Position numbers and translations under genes: made by a program
The notes under the pieces: generated by a model
What the model was told of the DNA's origin: nothing
Database searches by the model: none
What the model saw: the letters and a program-made list of their open reading frames with translations, nothing else
Shown: positions 13,828 through 16,087 of the stretch, one piece after another
Layout of the letters: every line of letters starts with the position of its first letter
Position numbering within the stretch: position 1 is the first letter of the stretch
DNA from: a virus
Taxonomy: Duplodnaviria; Heunggongvirae; Uroviricota; Caudoviricetes
Length of the DNA: 16,087 nucleotides
Strand: one strand, 5' to 3'
IMG/VR virus record: IMGVR_UViG_3300021255_002910
Span: 1-16,087 of that record

Positions 13828-15138
13828 CTAAGCGTTCTCCCTGAAGATAGCCGTGATGCTCATCGGGTCGCCGGTGGCTACGACGTTCAGCGGGTTCTCG
13901 GTCGAGCCGGTGCTCCACTTCACGAAGGTGGTGCCCTTCACGACGGGATCAGCCGTTGCGTCGGCAGCGATGCCCGTAGCGGTCAGCGTCAGGGTGGTGC
14001 CCTTGGCTACCTCGGTGCCGCTCACGATGGTGTCAGAGCCGTTCTTGATAACGACAGTACCCATAGCCTTGCCGTTGGCATCGGCGTTGGCCGTGACATA
14101 GACGGCATCCTTGGTGTAGTCGCCGCTGTTGAAGGTCATCTCGGCAGCGCCGCCGTTGGTCACGAAAGCACGGGCGGTGGGATCAACCAGCATGAAGCCG
14201 AAGATACCCTGAATCTGCATCACGAGGTCCTTCACGTCCTGAGAGGGCTCGGGAACGACCTTTACGAAGGAGTCGTCGCTCTCGTTGTTCACGCCGAGCA
14301 GGAGGTTGCCCTCGATGGTGGCGAACACGAGGTTGCCCTTGATGTCGTCCACGGGGATGAAGGTCAGCTTCTGCAGGCCGTTGCTCTTAATCTGGAAGTT
14401 GCCGTTGTCCAGCTCGGTGACGCTCTTGTGCGAGCGGTGCTTCTGCTCGTAGGCATCGCTGATGGCCTGTGCGATGTCGGTGGGCATATAGACGTTCACC
14501 TTCTGCTTCTTCAGGCGGGCATCCCACTTATTGAACCAAGCCAGGAACTCGTCGAAGGCAGCGGAGTCGCCCTCGCTCTGCGGAGCATCGAACACACCGC
14601 TGGGAATGAGGTTCTTCTTCTCCTGCGAGACGGTGGCGTCGTTGATGTCGGTAGCCATCACGGTGAGCAGACCGTCGAAGAGGTTCATCTCCTCGTCCTG
14701 GCTCGTAGCGTCGCCGCCGATGATGTTGTTGAACACGTCCTGAGAGAACAGGCTGGCCTGCTCGGTCATAAAGAGCTCGGTCTTCTCGAAGTGCATCTCG
14801 GCAGAGCCGTTGATGGTGATGTTGCCGGGCTTCTCCTGGAAGTCGTCTTCGTTACAGCGAATGCGATGGACGCAGATGTTCGCCGTCAGCTTACGAGAGA
14901 ACAGGTAGCCGAGCTTCGACTCCTTGACGTTGCCCACCTCCTTGCGGCGCGTCTGTCCGCCCTTGCCGGCGAAGACGGTCTTGGTGAGCTGATACTGCAC
15001 GCCCGTCTCGACCTTGATACCGAGGCGGTCCAGTTCGTCCTTCATGTAGAAGGCCGGGCCAATCACAATGTTCGGAGAGAGCTTGTTGGCCACGCTCTGT
15101 ACGTTCTCCAAACCGATGAATTTAGCTTCGTTTGCCAT
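13828..15138 (-). CDS. Major capsid protein with a C-terminal Ig-like (InlB B-repeat-like) domain
   Basis: 436 aa directly after the protease/scaffold gene. LFDGLLTVMATDINDATVSQEKKNL resembles Bacteroidales prophage capsid proteins. The last ~90 aa (GTEVAKGTTLTLTAT...FVKWSTGSTENPLNVVAT...SITAIF) form an Ig-like/B-repeat pattern. Confidence 0.78.
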   Translation of the reverse strand: MANEAKFIGLENVQSVANKLSPNIVIGPAFYMKDELDRLGIKVETGVQYQLTKTVFAGKGGQTRRKEVGNVKESKLGYLFSRKLTANICVHRIRCNEDDFQEKPGNITINGSAEMHFEKTELFMTEQASLFSQDVFNNIIGGDATSQDEEMNLFDGLLTVMATDINDATVSQEKKNLIPSGVFDAPQSEGDSAAFDEFLAWFNKWDARLKKQKVNVYMPTDIAQAISDAYEQKHRSHKSVTELDNGNFQIKSNGLQKLTFIPVDDIKGNLVFATIEGNLLLGVNNESDDSFVKVVPEPSQDVKDLVMQIQGIFGFMLVDPTARAFVTNGGAAEMTFNSGDYTKDAVYVTANADANGKAMGTVVIKNGSDTIVSGTEVAKGTTLTLTATGIAADATADPVVKGTTFVKWSTGSTENPLNVVATGDPMSITAIFRENA

Positions 15139-15205
15139 AATGTTTAGAATTTTGTGTTTGTGTTGTTAATATGAGAGTTGTTTGTGTTGGTTGAGGGTGC
15201 GGCGA

Positions 15206-16087
15206 CTACTTGCCCTGCTCGAAGGCGTCCTTGCGCTTCATATTCTCCTTGTAGGAGAGATTGGGGTCATAGACGTACTGGCCTACGCCGACGGTGGGAG
15301 CCTGTGCGCCCTGTCCGTTGGTCTGGGGGGCTGCGCCTGCCTGGGGAGCCTGACCGGGGTCGTTCTCCAGCTCGGCGATTTGAGCGTTCAAGTCGCTAAT
15401 CTGCTGGTCGCGCTCGGCGAGGGTCTGCTCGGCGGTAGCGACGGCGGCCTTGGCATCGTTGAGCTCGGTGGTCAGCGTCTCGATGTTCTCAGCCTTGGCA
15501 TTCACATCGGCCTGCAGGTCGGCCTTCTCCTGCTCCAGGGCAGCGAGAGCGTTCTGCTTGTCCTCGACGGTAGCGTTCAGTTCGTCCACCTTGGTCTGGT
15601 GCTCAGCCTTCAGCGCGTCGATAGCCTGGGCATGCTCGGCGTTCAGCGTGTCGATTTGGGCTGAGAGTTCAGCCTTCTCGGTGGTCAGTTGGTCGGCCAA
15701 CTGCTTGGCGGCGGTCAGTGCCTGGTTGTTCGCCTCGATGGTTGCGTTCAGAGTTTCGAGCAATCCCATGTTCAGGAAGGCTCCGTCCTCTGACATCTGC
15801 ATCTCCTCCACCTGGAGGGCTGCAAACAGTGCGGGAAATTTCTCTTTCATGTTGATGTCTGTTTTGTTATTATTGTTGAAAATTGTCTGTCGCTGTGCGG
15901 CTTGTGCGGCTTGGTTGCCACGAGCGGCTGCGTCTTTGATCATCTTGGCGAACAGGTCGCCGAGTGTCGATTGGGCGTCCATTAGGATGCCTTTCACATC
16001 GGCAGCATCGAACACTTTGCCGTGCAGATGCTCGTCGGTAGCCTTCGGACAGGCTTTCTTCACGTCAGCACGGAACTCCACACCCAG
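15206..16087 (-). CDS. S49-family prohead protease fused to a scaffolding domain; 5'-truncated by the window edge
   Basis: The frame is open to base 16087, so the track's GTG start at 16081 is internal. EFRADVKKACP...LHGKVFDAADVKGILMD fits the C-terminal end of S49/SppA peptidases. It is followed by a long acidic coiled coil and a Pro/Gln linker. The catalytic part lies outside the window. Confidence 0.72.
   Translation of the reverse strand: MGVEFRADVKKACPKATDEHLHGKVFDAADVKGILMDAQSTLGDLFAKMIKDAAARGNQAAQAAQRQTIFNNNNKTDINMKEKFPALFAALQVEEMQMSEDGAFLNMGLLETLNATIEANNQALTAAKQLADQLTTEKAELSAQIDTLNAEHAQAIDALKAEHQTKVDELNATVEDKQNALAALEQEKADLQADVNAKAENIETLTTELNDAKAAVATAEQTLAERDQQISDLNAQIAELENDPGQAPQAGAAPQTNGQGAQAPTVGVGQYVYDPNLSYKENMKRKDAFEQGK

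Noticed and set aside
19-15664. Long plus-strand ORFs (e.g. 19-564, 10033-11127, 11545-12522, 13114-15147)
   Set aside because: They are antisense shadows of GC3-rich minus-strand genes. They show no recognisable motifs or initiation signals and overlap well-supported genes completely.
1-16087. Alternative genetic code (TAG or TGA readthrough, as in some Prevotella/crAss-like phages)
   Set aside because: Genes are full length in the standard code. TAG (13828, 10351, 7243, 6241), TGA (11182) and TAA all end genes at sensible boundaries.
1-16087. tRNA, rRNA, integrase, transposase, reverse transcriptase/DGR or defence system genes
   Set aside because: No supporting structure or motif was found in the window.

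Overview
This 16-kb window is the head/packaging region of a GC-rich tailed phage or prophage. The host is probably Bacteroidales (Prevotella-like), inferred from TAnnTTTG promoter boxes, A-rich start regions without Shine-Dalgarno sites, and the gene families present. All credible genes are on the minus strand. In transcription order (right to left) they are: S49-type prohead protease/scaffold (partial), major capsid protein with a C-terminal Ig-like domain, putative tail tube protein, two conserved hypotheticals, putative small terminase, a ~4-kb accessory block, large terminase, a ~400-bp AT-rich repeat region, portal, DUF6712-like head completion protein and a partial conserved hypothetical. 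The accessory block holds a frameshifted methylase-associated domain, an N6/N4 DNA methyltransferase, an HU-like protein, three hypotheticals and a membrane protein. The most striking unexplained signal is the non-coding architecture. Heptamer tandem arrays sit at many gene junctions, and two of them form inverted repeats that bracket the accessory block. There is also an AT-rich element studded with GNA mini-hairpins, REP-like G/C palindromes, a palindromic triple repeat ahead of the HU gene, and a probable nested scaffold start. All family assignments come from motif and synteny recognition, not database searches.
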